A stretch of DNA of 64,000 nt from Leptonemataceae bacterium. Lineage in GTDB: Bacteria > Spirochaetota > Leptospiria > Leptospirales > Leptonemataceae. Both the position numbers and the translations under genes were made by a program. Shown here piece after piece: positions 36,060 through 45,059 of the stretch (within the stretch, counting starts at the first letter, position 1; each line of letters opens with the position of its first letter). The notes under the pieces were generated by a model. The model worked only from the letters and a program-made list of their open reading frames with translations, was not told the origin of the DNA and ran no database searches. Location of the stretch: positions 1,280,001 to 1,344,000 of the forward strand of contig OZ245742.1 of NCBI GenBank assembly GCA_965227295.1. Reading direction: 5' to 3'.

Positions 36060-37550
36060 ATGAAAGCTACGTTTCTCGGCCATCAGGGGTGGATGCTGGA
36101 ATCCTCCGACGCGCGCTTGTTGATCGATCCGATCATCACTCCGTACTATCGCAACTCCGCGTATACGAAGATGTGGATGTATCCGCCGCGGGAGATCGAT
36201 CTCGCCGCGATGGGTTCGGTGGACGCGATCTATCTTTCGCATGAACACGAGGATCACTTTCACATCGAGTCGCTGCACCTCTTCAGTCGCGACACGAAGT
36301 TGTACGTGAGCGGTAACATTTCCGGTGCGGCCGTGCGCATTCTCGAAGAGATGGGCTTTCTCGTGCGCCGGCTCTACGCCCTGGAGCAGGTGGAGATCGG
36401 CGAGCACATGACTATGACCGTTTACCCGCCGCCGGCATCGCCCACGGAGCACTGGGTCCTCCAGCCGTTCGTTCTGGAAGATGAGGACTATCGCCGTTCG
36501 TTCTTCAATCCCGTGGACTGCCAGATCTCGGATCAGTTCATCGCCATGCTCGACAAAGAGCGCGTCGCTGAACTCGGACTGGTTTGTGTCGCGAACAATA
36601 CGCAGAACATTCCCGCGCTGGTGCATCCGAATCAATATCTTCCGGGGCGGCGCCGCACGGCCATGAACCTGCGCCCCGCCAACGTCCTGCACAGTCACCT
36701 GGAACTCGGCAACCTTCCGTTCATGCGAGAGATCGCCATCGTCGGTTGCGGATTTATTTCCGAAGACAATCCCTTCGGTCTTTATCTGAATCAGTCCCAG
36801 GCCGAACTCGGCGCGGTAATGGAAAAGTACAGCGTGGGCGCCGTCCGTATTTTCGGACCGCAGCCGGGAGAAGCGGTGGACCTTCGCGGCGACGGCGCAA
36901 CGCGCATTCCGGCACCGCAGGACGGTTTTGTGCGACCGTCGACGGAAGGCGAAGCAGTCCTGGCCTGGGCCGAACAAACCAACTACGTTCCTGATCCTTT
37001 CACGTACGAGTACGATCCGGTCTCGACGAAACTCCTGCACGCGGAAGAACAGGAGCGTCTCGGCGCCGCGCTGGATGCTTTCGCCATACGCATGGCCGGC
37101 CATCGTTTTCAAATCGAGATGACTCAGTCCAACCTGGACGATCACGGCAATCCGGTCGGGGCGGGGCGTCTGTTGTTGATCTTGATGTACGAAGATGGGA
37201 ACGGTGAACGGCGCAAGCTCTACTATGAGTATCGCCCTGCTGATACACGCTTCTACGCGCTGGAGAAACAGGGCATTACGGAATTCGATCTCGCCCATCG
37301 TTACCCCTTCGGTTACGAATGCTGGGCGAAGGATCTGCTCGGATTGCTCGAAGGCGATGTTACCGTGTATGAGATCATCAACTTCAGGAACCGCTTCTGG
37401 CATCCGCAGCGACACATGGTGGAACGCGCGCACTTCCCGCTCGTGTTAAACGATTTGTTTGCGCCGGAGTGCATACCGGAGCTGACATATCAGATCTATC
37501 GCCGTGCGTACGACCGGGCGCGCGCGTCATCGGAAGCGCGTCCGGTTTAA
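36060..37550 (+). CDS. Metallo-beta-lactamase-fold enzyme
   Basis: TFLGHQG...LLIDP, SHEHEDHFH (HxHxDH); last gene of the rSAM operon. Confidence 0.82.
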   Translation: MKATFLGHQGWMLESSDARLLIDPIITPYYRNSAYTKMWMYPPREIDLAAMGSVDAIYLSHEHEDHFHIESLHLFSRDTKLYVSGNISGAAVRILEEMGFLVRRLYALEQVEIGEHMTMTVYPPPASPTEHWVLQPFVLEDEDYRRSFFNPVDCQISDQFIAMLDKERVAELGLVCVANNTQNIPALVHPNQYLPGRRRTAMNLRPANVLHSHLELGNLPFMREIAIVGCGFISEDNPFGLYLNQSQAELGAVMEKYSVGAVRIFGPQPGEAVDLRGDGATRIPAPQDGFVRPSTEGEAVLAWAEQTNYVPDPFTYEYDPVSTKLLHAEEQERLGAALDAFAIRMAGHRFQIEMTQSNLDDHGNPVGAGRLLLILMYEDGNGERRKLYYEYRPADTRFYALEKQGITEFDLAHRYPFGYECWAKDLLGLLEGDVTVYEIINFRNRFWHPQRHMVERAHFPLVLNDLFAPECIPELTYQIYRRAYDRARASSEARPV

Positions 37551-38149
37551 TCATCGGACTCCGTTTTCGTGGGCCGGCCTTCGATGCGCGCAAGAATTCC
37601 CTGGCCTTGCTGAATGACTGCATCGATGCGGGTGCGCCGGTATCCGCGAATCGCGGCCTGGTGTAAATAACGTTCCGCAAGATCGCGTCGGCCGGCCAGT
37701 TCCGCCAACACCGCCAGGTTGTAAAACGGCAACGGGTAGAGCGGATCGATGGCGAGCGCCGCTTCGAAGTCGGAGCGCGCTTCGTCCAGGCGACCCAATT
37801 GCAGCCGCGCCGTTCCCAGATTATACAACGCCATCGCTTCCACGTCCGGCGTGTAGATACTGAACGCCAGCCAGAGATACTTTTTCAAGTGCGGCTTCTC
37901 GCGAATCATGTCGAGAAATCGTCGCGAATGCTCCAGCGATTCTTCGAATTGTTCCAGATCGTATGACCTCCGCCCGCGAAACAAATCGCGAAAGAGCATG
38001 CCCTGCACCCGCCCGGGAATCAGTACGATCAGTCCGAGAGTTATGACGACGTAGATCGAAGGGTACAGCAGATAGATTCCCACCACACAGCCGAGACCTG
38101 CGGCGAGCAACGCGACGTAAGCGATCTTATAGCGCAAAGTACGATTCAT
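37547..38149 (-). CDS. Membrane-anchored tetratricopeptide repeat protein
   Basis: Two N-terminal TMs; ALYNLG...LG.LDEA..DFEAALAIDP.Y..PFYNLA. Confidence 0.75.
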   Translation of the reverse strand: MNRTLRYKIAYVALLAAGLGCVVGIYLLYPSIYVVITLGLIVLIPGRVQGMLFRDLFRGRRSYDLEQFEESLEHSRRFLDMIREKPHLKKYLWLAFSIYTPDVEAMALYNLGTARLQLGRLDEARSDFEAALAIDPLYPLPFYNLAVLAELAGRRDLAERYLHQAAIRGYRRTRIDAVIQQGQGILARIEGRPTKTESDD

Positions 38150-38802
38150 GTCAGTTCCTCCGTGAACGCCGTGAAGCTATCGTATACCACGTCCGCATCT
38201 CGCAACATATCCGCTTCGAACGTTGTAGTTAATCCCGCGCAAAACATGCCGGCCGCCTTCGCCGCCGCGATGCCGGCCGGCGTGTCTTCAATCACCAGAC
38301 ACTCCGTTGCGGCCGCATCGATGTTTTGTGCTGCGAACAGGAAGACGTCCGGTGCCGGCTTGCCTGCACCCCCGGCGTCCGTCACGGTGTAGACGTGGCC
38401 GCCGAAGCGCGGGCGCAGTTGCAACCGCGCGTCCACGACGTCCAGCAGATCGTTGCGCATGGACGTGGCCACGGCTAACTTTAGATTGTATGATCTTACC
38501 GCCTCGTAAAACTCCGCAAAACCCGCCATCAATTCTACACGTTCAGCAAAAAGATCGCGAATGATCACGAGCCGCGCGGCGGCCAGGTCGTCCACGGTCT
38601 CCGTGAGATTGTAGTACTCGCGCAGCGCGGCGGTGCCGTCGCGCAACGAACGACCGGCCATGAGATGTTTGACGCCCGCTCGATCATACTGCAACCCGCG
38701 CGCTTCCAGTAGGATCCGCTGCGATTCATCCCAGAGCGGCTCCGTGTCGACGATCACGCCCTCGGCGTCGAAGATCACGGCGGTGAAGTTACCGAGTTTC
38801 AC
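38146..38802 (-). CDS. HAD-family phosphatase (beta-PGM/CbbY-like)
   Basis: AVIFDAEGVIVDTEP, VATS, GKPAPDVFL, VIEDTPAGIAAAKAAGM; GTG 38802 with GGAGG RBS. Confidence 0.85.
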   Translation of the reverse strand: MKLGNFTAVIFDAEGVIVDTEPLWDESQRILLEARGLQYDRAGVKHLMAGRSLRDGTAALREYYNLTETVDDLAAARLVIIRDLFAERVELMAGFAEFYEAVRSYNLKLAVATSMRNDLLDVVDARLQLRPRFGGHVYTVTDAGGAGKPAPDVFLFAAQNIDAAATECLVIEDTPAGIAAAKAAGMFCAGLTTTFEADMLRDADVVYDSFTAFTEELT

Positions 38803-39107
38803 GGCGTGCGCCTCCGCATCCAGGGCAGCGTCGCCGCCAGACCGCCCATAAGAAGTCCGCAGGATTGCAGAACGCTTGGATCCCAGACGGATCCCATGAA
38901 CATTGTGTTTCGACACGAGGGACAGGCTTTGCCAGCCGGTGCGCCGGCGTACTGCAACGCAGAGACCTCGGCCACGACCTCCGTCCCACCCCGGCGCCGA
39001 AGGACCGCCGCCCCGATAGCCAGGCCGGCACACCGAGAACAGCCCCAGGCGTAGCCTTCCGCTTCGGCGCGCTGTTGCAGCGCTTGCTCACAAACCGGGC
39101 AGTGCAT
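38799..39107 (-). CDS. Small Cys-rich (zinc-ribbon-like) hypothetical protein
   Basis: CPVC, CSRC, CPSC pairs; stop overlaps HAD start. Confidence 0.55.
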   Translation of the reverse strand: MHCPVCEQALQQRAEAEGYAWGCSRCAGLAIGAAVLRRRGGTEVVAEVSALQYAGAPAGKACPSCRNTMFMGSVWDPSVLQSCGLLMGGLAATLPWMRRRTP

Positions 39108-39127
39108 ATTCACCCATCGCGGTTCGC

Positions 39128-39673
39128 GTGAACATCGTCAACGAACATGCTTGCACGCAGAAAGATGCAAATCACGTTGTGATTGTGAGCGACGAACTCG
39201 AACTCCGCCGCAAATGGACGTTTCGCCGCGGCGAACATAGCATCGTACTGATCAAAAAACGTCTCGAATCGGCGCAGCATGTGTACATGAAGGCCTTCCT
39301 CTGGGCGCTTTATATAGAAGAGTATCCCGGATTGATCGTGGAGAAATCCATCGGCGATCGTTACAAGCCGGACCTGGTCGCACTCAACGGCGAAGGCCGG
39401 CCGCGGTTCTGGGGCGAAGCCGGGGCCACCCGCGGCTCGAAGGTGCGTTCGATATTGCGGCGTTATCCGGGCACACGGCTGGTCCTCGCAAAGTGGGACG
39501 GGAACACGCAGATGCTTGCGCAGCAGTACCGGGCGGTGTTGAAGAATCTACGCCTGGAGCATCCGGTGGAACTGTTGAACTTTCCCGAGGACGCGGCGCA
39601 GCGGTTCATCGACGAACGCGGCGAAATTCAGGTGCAGCATGACGATCTGGAGATCATTCGCTTGAACTCGTAA
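39128..39673 (+). CDS. Hypothetical protein, YaeQ-like
   Basis: ES..HV.MKA...YKPDLV......RFWGEAG pattern; start uncertain (possibly GTG 39185). Confidence 0.5.
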   Translation: MNIVNEHACTQKDANHVVIVSDELELRRKWTFRRGEHSIVLIKKRLESAQHVYMKAFLWALYIEEYPGLIVEKSIGDRYKPDLVALNGEGRPRFWGEAGATRGSKVRSILRRYPGTRLVLAKWDGNTQMLAQQYRAVLKNLRLEHPVELLNFPEDAAQRFIDERGEIQVQHDDLEIIRLNS

Positions 39674-39695
39674 CAGCCCGGCTCAAGCTGCGGCT

Positions 39696-40148
39696 ATGAG
39701 TGAGACCCGCCTCAGAGTTCGTAACGAAAACTTTCGCGAGCGCGCCCAGGAGATCTGGAATCGCGCCAACTTCATTCGCGAAGTCGGCTACGAACTCATC
39801 CTGCTCGAACCCGGTCGCTGTGAATCCCGCCTGGTCATAGCTGACAGGCACCTGCAACAAAATTCCTTCGTGCACGCCGGTGTCATTGCGACCATGGCCG
39901 ATCACAGCGGCGGTACGGCAGGTGGGAGTTTGATTGCCGCGGATGAGGTCGTACTGACCCTGGAGTTCAAGGTCAATCTTCTACGGCCGGCGCTCGGCGA
40001 AGAACTGCGCTGTATTTCAACCGTGCTGAAAAACGGCCGAACCGTGATTGTGTCGGAATCGGAAGTGTATACGGTAAAGAAAGGTCGCGAGAAGTTAGCG
40101 GCCAAGGCGACGGTCACCCTGGCCGTGGTGGGGGCGAATTACGAATAG
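39696..40148 (+). CDS. PaaI-family thioesterase
   Basis: Q..FVHAGVIATMADHSGG...LTLEFKVNLLRPA. Confidence 0.88.
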   Translation: MSETRLRVRNENFRERAQEIWNRANFIREVGYELILLEPGRCESRLVIADRHLQQNSFVHAGVIATMADHSGGTAGGSLIAADEVVLTLEFKVNLLRPALGEELRCISTVLKNGRTVIVSESEVYTVKKGREKLAAKATVTLAVVGANYE

Positions 40149-40171
40149 CGGCGATCGGGTCTGGCGCGATT

Positions 40172-40690
40172 TCAACCGTTCACGTTCAGCAAGAGCGCCT
40201 TCTGACGATCGTCCGCTTCCTGTTTGCGGCCGGACTTCGGGGCGTAGGTTTTATCCCGCTCCGGATCTTCCGTGAGTTCGGTGAGCAGATAGTGAATGCG
40301 TCCGGTGGTGTCGGAAAGTAGCCGGTTGTTTTCTTCGGTCTCCCGCTTCAAAGCGTACGCCGTTTCGCGGTATTCGTCCGCCACGGATTCCAGCTCCAGG
40401 TTCGCCTGTGCGTTTGCCTCGTGATCCGTAACCAGGCGGACGACCTTGCGGAGCGTCATGCCCTCGCTGCGATCGTTTTCGCCGTAGCGATCAAGCAGGA
40501 GACGGAGGGCCGCCTCGCGCTGCACTTCCAGGCCTTCGACTTCTTTCAGAAAGATTTCCGATTTGCCCGTGAGTTCCTTCAGGCGTTTGCCGTCGGCGGT
40601 GAGGATCGCCCGGCGTTTGCGGCGCTCGTTCTCCAGCGCGGCCCGGAAGAGCATGAGTTCCTGATTCAGAATGTCGTGCAGCGTCGTCAT
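40172..40690 (-). CDS. flgN: Flagellar export chaperone FlgN-like
   Basis: Helical L..LE..KR.AI...D...L..LT...LK...E.NN.LL..., TY.P.G and C-terminal LLNVNG; ATG 40690 with GAGG RBS; sigma-28-like promoter upstream. Confidence 0.7.
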   Translation of the reverse strand: MTTLHDILNQELMLFRAALENERRKRRAILTADGKRLKELTGKSEIFLKEVEGLEVQREAALRLLLDRYGENDRSEGMTLRKVVRLVTDHEANAQANLELESVADEYRETAYALKRETEENNRLLSDTTGRIHYLLTELTEDPERDKTYAPKSGRKQEADDRQKALLLNVNG

Positions 40691-40712
40691 GATGCTTTCC
40701 TCTCTGTCTGTA

Positions 40713-40739
40713 CAATCGGTCGGTCCGCAAAAAACATGA
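40713..40739 (-). promoter_or_regulatory. Putative sigma-28 promoter of flgN
   Basis: Minus strand TCAT-N15-ACCGATTG; spacer begins GTTTTTT as in the flgK candidate. Confidence 0.5.
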
Positions 40740-40798
40740 GAAAAAACCGCTCGAAATATAGTTGACCGCCGTCGCGGAAACGCGCGTCTAAAAGCGTA

Positions 40799-42109
40799 AT
40801 GAAAAGCCTGAAGTCGTCCTTCCCCACATTTCTCTTCGTGCACACGTCCGCCCTGCTGGCCGTTTCCCTCGGCCTGCTCGTCGTCTGCGGCGGGGGCGGC
40901 AGCGCCCAGCGCTCGGATCGCACCAGCGACATCAATGCGAACGAATGCCGGAGCGGGCAGATCGCGACGATGGGCGAGGCGCCGATCTTTGCATCCCAGG
41001 CGGCGGCGCGCGACAAAGCCAAAGAGGATGCCTGTCGCAAGGCCGTGGAGAAGTGCATCGGAGAAGAGGTGGCCAGTGAGTCGGGCGTTTCCGACGGCCA
41101 GGCCATCGCCAACGAGGTCTTCACGAAAGCGCGCGGCATTTGTAAAAACGACCAGATCCTCGACGAGACCACCTACAAAATCGACACCACAACCATGCTG
41201 CGCATCCAGGTGCGTTTCACGGTCAAACAGTCCGACGTTCGCGACACCATCGATACCATGAAGGAACTCGCGGGCAATCCGAAGGTTCTGGTTCTCATCC
41301 GTGAAGAGTACAACCTGCCGCCGAAGCAAGTCGAGGGCTTCGCCTCGCGCAGCGGCAAGGCGGCGTCGACCCTGCGGGACTTCCTCATATCCAAAGGCTA
41401 CACCGTTCTGGATCCCGGCAGCATCGCCCGGGGCATGAACGAGGCGGACCTGGCCGCAAACCCGGGGAGCATCCCGGACGAACTCAAGGATCGTGCGGCA
41501 AAGGCCGGCGCCGATGTGTTGATCATCGGGCGGATCGAAACGAATCCCCAGGACATCAGCGCTCTGGCCGGCTCGGACTTTAAGTCGTACCGCGCCGAGG
41601 GCAACGTATCCATGCTCGCGCTGTGGGGCTACGGCCAGGTGCTGGGTGAGTTCTCGGACAGCCAGCCCGGCGCTCAGGTAAGCAAGCTTTCGGCGGCGCG
41701 GGCATCCGTGGAGGCTTTCGCGAAAGGGCGAAACAAGAACAAGGTCGAAGGCCTGGCGGGCTTCGTACACAAGCGGCTGACCAACGAGTGGTCCATCATC
41801 ACGCGCAATAATAAGATCAAACTCAACATCACCGGCATCGATCAAAAGGAAGCCGGTGTCTTTCGCGACAACCTGCAGGAAGCCACCGCGGTGAAGCGAG
41901 TGAACCCGATCTCCGCTGAAGGCGAGAACGTTGTGTGGGACGTAACGTATCCGGGACGGAGTTTCGCTCTGGCGGACACACTCGGATTCTACGGCGACAA
42001 CCCGCAAATGTTCACGGCGCTACAGTTCAACTGCAAAAAGATCAAAGTGGACAGCGTAAAGCGCGGCGAGATTTCGATCAGCCTCTACGGCGGCGGCTGC
42101 GGCGGCTAG
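40799..42109 (+). CDS. lipL46: LipL46-like lipoprotein
   Basis: GEAPI...AR.KA..DA...GE.....SGVSDGQ, GNP...VL, LWG.G, W..TYPG, KRG pattern recalled from Leptospira LipL46. Confidence 0.75.
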   Translation: MKSLKSSFPTFLFVHTSALLAVSLGLLVVCGGGGSAQRSDRTSDINANECRSGQIATMGEAPIFASQAAARDKAKEDACRKAVEKCIGEEVASESGVSDGQAIANEVFTKARGICKNDQILDETTYKIDTTTMLRIQVRFTVKQSDVRDTIDTMKELAGNPKVLVLIREEYNLPPKQVEGFASRSGKAASTLRDFLISKGYTVLDPGSIARGMNEADLAANPGSIPDELKDRAAKAGADVLIIGRIETNPQDISALAGSDFKSYRAEGNVSMLALWGYGQVLGEFSDSQPGAQVSKLSAARASVEAFAKGRNKNKVEGLAGFVHKRLTNEWSIITRNNKIKLNITGIDQKEAGVFRDNLQEATAVKRVNPISAEGENVVWDVTYPGRSFALADTLGFYGDNPQMFTALQFNCKKIKVDSVKRGEISISLYGGGCGG

Positions 42110-42171
42110 TACAGTACAGGTGATCCGGCAGCGCGCTGTTCCGGCGCGTCTGCCTTACGTACGACACACGA

Positions 42172-43047
42172 TTAGAATAACACTTCCTGGCGGTGAGAGC
42201 TTTCGGCCTCGGCGTAACGGCGTGCCGGGGACTCTCCGCCGATGGCGCCCGCGGAGCCTGTCAGGGTTTCCCGCGTCGTGACCAGTCGATAGCGGCTGCG
42301 TTCCCCGAACTCCGGTGCTTCTGAGCGGGCCACGATCTGCCCGGTGCGGAACAGTTCGATGACGACGGCGGCTGTTAACTTATGTTTGCGTGAAGTCAGG
42401 CGGCGCTCAGCATCCTGCAGGCATTGGTAGAGCGGCAGGACGCCGCGGTAGAACCAGGCCACGGGCGAAAGCATGGGGTTATCCGGAAAGACCTCGTCCA
42501 GGTATTCGGGAAAGTCCACGTCCGTGGCGGAACTCTGCGATTGGGAGCGTACTTCCGCAATGTAAGCATAAAGACGGTGGCAGCGCTCTTTTTCCGAACG
42601 GACCCGGCACTCCAGGCCGAGCCAGCGGGCCCAGGCCCGGCGCTCGCGAACGGGCATGCGGGCCAGTTCGCCGTACAGGAAGTTCATTTTGCGGAAGCGT
42701 TGGTCCGCGGCCAGGAGGTCCAGGGCTTCCCCACTGATGACGCAACGTTGTTCGTCCGGCCAGATGGTATACGGGCTTTTTTTGAGCGCGCTATGCTCGG
42801 CGGGGTCCAGGCATTCGCCGGACACTGAGCCGAAAGACGACAGTACTTTGAAGAACGTTTCGCTGAGGCCGGACTGTTCCAGATTGTCGAAGGGGCGACC
42901 GAGGCGTTCGTAACTGTCTTTGATGACGCGACCCAGGCGAACCCGGTCCAGGTTGTTGCGGAGGATTATTTTCAGGAGCTTTTGAATACGCAGGAGTTCT
43001 GCGTTTGGCAGATGAGAATATAACTCTACGAGGTGGTTCTCAATCAC
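42172..43047 (-). CDS. Hypothetical protein
   Basis: 291-aa ORF whose start overlaps the purD stop. Confidence 0.6.
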   Translation of the reverse strand: MIENHLVELYSHLPNAELLRIQKLLKIILRNNLDRVRLGRVIKDSYERLGRPFDNLEQSGLSETFFKVLSSFGSVSGECLDPAEHSALKKSPYTIWPDEQRCVISGEALDLLAADQRFRKMNFLYGELARMPVRERRAWARWLGLECRVRSEKERCHRLYAYIAEVRSQSQSSATDVDFPEYLDEVFPDNPMLSPVAWFYRGVLPLYQCLQDAERRLTSRKHKLTAAVVIELFRTGQIVARSEAPEFGERSRYRLVTTRETLTGSAGAIGGESPARRYAEAESSHRQEVLF

Positions 43048-44309
43048 AGGGCCTTCTCCCCTATATCCTGTCGGTAGAACGTACCATCGGCTTCGATGTT
43101 TTTTATGCGATTGTACGCTGCGTCTCGGGCGGCCGCGAGGTTCGGAGCAACGGCAGTAACACCCAGAATGCGCCCGCCGGTGCTCAGGATGCGATGATCC
43201 TCGGTCCGCCGGGTTCCAGCGTGAAAAAGGATTATGTCCCCTTCGCCCATGTCAACGTTTTTTAGCAAAATGTCCTTTTTATAAGTTCCGGGATAGCCTC
43301 CGGCCGCGAGCACCACGATAACTGCCGCGCCGGTGTGGAATCGCAGCGGCCGATCCGGCAAAGATCCGGTCGCCGAAAGGGTTGCCAGGTCCAGGAGGTC
43401 CTCATGCAGCAGGCGCAGCAGGGCCTGGGTCTCCGGGTCTCCGAAGCGGACGTTGAACTCCACCGTGCGGGCCCGGCCGTCCTTGACCATCAGGCCGGCA
43501 TAGAGCAGGCCGCGATAGGGATGGCCGTCGGCCTTCATGCCGGCCACGGCCCGATCGAGGATTTCGGTCTGGACCTGCTGCATCAGACTCGCGTCCACAA
43601 ACGGAACGGGAAGATACGCACCCATGCCGCCGGTGTTCGGCCCCTGGTCGCCGTCGTGAGCGCGCTTGTGATCCTGGGAGGCCAGAAACGGAACCGCCCG
43701 CTCCCCGTCGCAGATGGCGAAGACCGAGGCCTCTTCTCCATCCATGAACTCTTCTATTAGAACACGACGCCCGGCGTCACCAAAGACCCCGCCTTCCAGG
43801 CAATCGCGGAGGGCTTTCTCGGCTTCGGCGTAGTTCGGAGCCACGGTCACGCCTTTTCCGGCCGCGAGGCCGTCCGCTTTGATGACGATGGGCGGTTCCA
43901 TTGTGTGCATGAATTCCAGGGCCGGCCGAACCTCGGTGAATGTCTCCGCCCGCGCCGTGGGAATGCCGTGGCGAACCATGAAGGACTTCGCGAAATCCTT
44001 CGAGCCCTCAAGTTGCGCCGCCGCTTTAGAAGGTCCGAAGACCGGACAGATTCCCTCCAGGGCATCCGTGATCCCGTCGACCAGTGGTTGTTCGGGACCG
44101 GCGACCACGAGATCGTAACGCTCGCGTTTCACGTGATCCACTATCGTGGAGAGTTCGCCGAGGGACAGACCGGGCGCCCGCACGATTGCGTCCGGCGGAA
44201 AGCCGCCGTTACCGGGGAAGGCATGGAGGCTGCCGAGCTTCGGGCTCTGCGAGATTTTCCAGAAGAGGGCGTGCTCACGTCCGCCGGAGCCGAGGATGAG
44301 GGTCTTCAT
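43044..44309 (-). CDS. purD: Phosphoribosylamine--glycine ligase
   Basis: LGSGGREHAL, GPEQPL, LEGSK.FAK, KADGLAAGKGV, QDHKR, NTGGMGAY, EFNVRFGDPE. Confidence 0.97.
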   Translation of the reverse strand: MKTLILGSGGREHALFWKISQSPKLGSLHAFPGNGGFPPDAIVRAPGLSLGELSTIVDHVKRERYDLVVAGPEQPLVDGITDALEGICPVFGPSKAAAQLEGSKDFAKSFMVRHGIPTARAETFTEVRPALEFMHTMEPPIVIKADGLAAGKGVTVAPNYAEAEKALRDCLEGGVFGDAGRRVLIEEFMDGEEASVFAICDGERAVPFLASQDHKRAHDGDQGPNTGGMGAYLPVPFVDASLMQQVQTEILDRAVAGMKADGHPYRGLLYAGLMVKDGRARTVEFNVRFGDPETQALLRLLHEDLLDLATLSATGSLPDRPLRFHTGAAVIVVLAAGGYPGTYKKDILLKNVDMGEGDIILFHAGTRRTEDHRILSTGGRILGVTAVAPNLAAARDAAYNRIKNIEADGTFYRQDIGEKAL

Positions 44310-44373
44310 GCGAAGCAGGGCACCGCCGTCCGGGAGGCCGGTCAACAGGAATCAAAAAAGGGCCCGGAAAAGC

Positions 44374-44410
44374 TTGACATGATAACAGTGGAAGGTAATA
44401 ATGTTATCAT
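44374..44410 (+). promoter_or_regulatory. Sigma-70 promoter overlapped by an inverted-repeat operator (vapBC)
   Basis: TTGACA 44374-44379, 17 bp, AATAAT 44397-44402; perfect IR ATGATAACA (44379-44387) / TGTTATCAT (44402-44410). Confidence 0.7.
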
Positions 44411-44411
44411 C

Positions 44412-44636
44412 ATGATGCGCACCCAGATCAGCCTCAGTGAAGAGGAGTACGACCTGGCTAAGGCCGAGGCCGCCCGCCTGGGCATTTCGCTCGCGGAACT
44501 ACTGCGCCGTTCGCTACGGCAGACGCTGCCCATCAACCAGGAGCGGCAGTGGATGCGTTTCTGCGGTATGGTGGAGTCCGGGGATCGGCATTCCAGCCGG
44601 AACATCGACGAGCTGATCTATGGCCAGAAAGACTGA
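44412..44636 (+). CDS. Ribbon-helix-helix (CopG-like) antitoxin, VapB-type
   Basis: MMRTQISLSEEEY..AK.EA.R.GISLAELLRR...S.NIDELIYG; overlaps PIN gene start. Confidence 0.8.
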   Translation: MMRTQISLSEEEYDLAKAEAARLGISLAELLRRSLRQTLPINQERQWMRFCGMVESGDRHSSRNIDELIYGQKD

Positions 44637-45054
44637 CGTCGTTGCCCGCGGCGAAGCCTACGTCGACACGTCCGCCTTCATCGCGTTTCTGGATCGCTCG
44701 GATACCTATCACGCGCTGTTCGCGCGCCTGTTTTCCCGCCCGCCGCAATTGTTCACCACGGCCCTCGTCATCGGTGAAGGTCACGCCTGGTTCCTGCGTC
44801 GCTACGATGAAACGCGGGCCATGCAGTTCTTGTTGTTCATCGAGGAGTTGAGCGAGGTCCTCTCGATCGTGGACGTCGGCGCTTCGGAACTGGACGGCGC
44901 TCGCAAGATCTTGCTAAATTACGGCGACCAGAAGCTAACGATCGCCGACGCGACGGGCCTGCATCTCATGAAGAAGCGCCGCGTTAAGTCGTGCTGGAGT
45001 ACGGATCGGCATCTGAACTTAAACGGCGTGCCGCTGGTGATTCACGAGTTGTAA
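44620..45054 (+). CDS. PIN-domain toxin, VapC-type
   Basis: YVDTSAFIA...D.YH...VIGE...LTIADA...STDRH. Confidence 0.85.
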   Translation: MARKTDVVARGEAYVDTSAFIAFLDRSDTYHALFARLFSRPPQLFTTALVIGEGHAWFLRRYDETRAMQFLLFIEELSEVLSIVDVGASELDGARKILLNYGDQKLTIADATGLHLMKKRRVKSCWSTDRHLNLNGVPLVIHEL

Positions 45055-45059
45055 ACTGC

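Noticed and set aside
35523-37433. Long antisense ORFs (636 aa here; also 8249..9889, 30996..32273, 57983..59329)
   Set aside because: They are shadows of well-supported genes on the opposite strand, as expected in high-GC DNA, and have no recognisable motifs.
29032-37550. Lasso peptide cluster (YxxPxL leader, PqqD, HprK kinase, nucleotidyltransferase)
   Set aside because: No asparagine-synthetase-like cyclase or transglutaminase-like B2 protease is visible in the window, and the putative core has no Asp/Glu for a macrolactam.
40172-42007. 611-aa minus-strand ORF
   Set aside because: Mostly the antisense shadow of lipL46; only the last 172 codons (from ATG 40690) look like a real FlgN-like gene.
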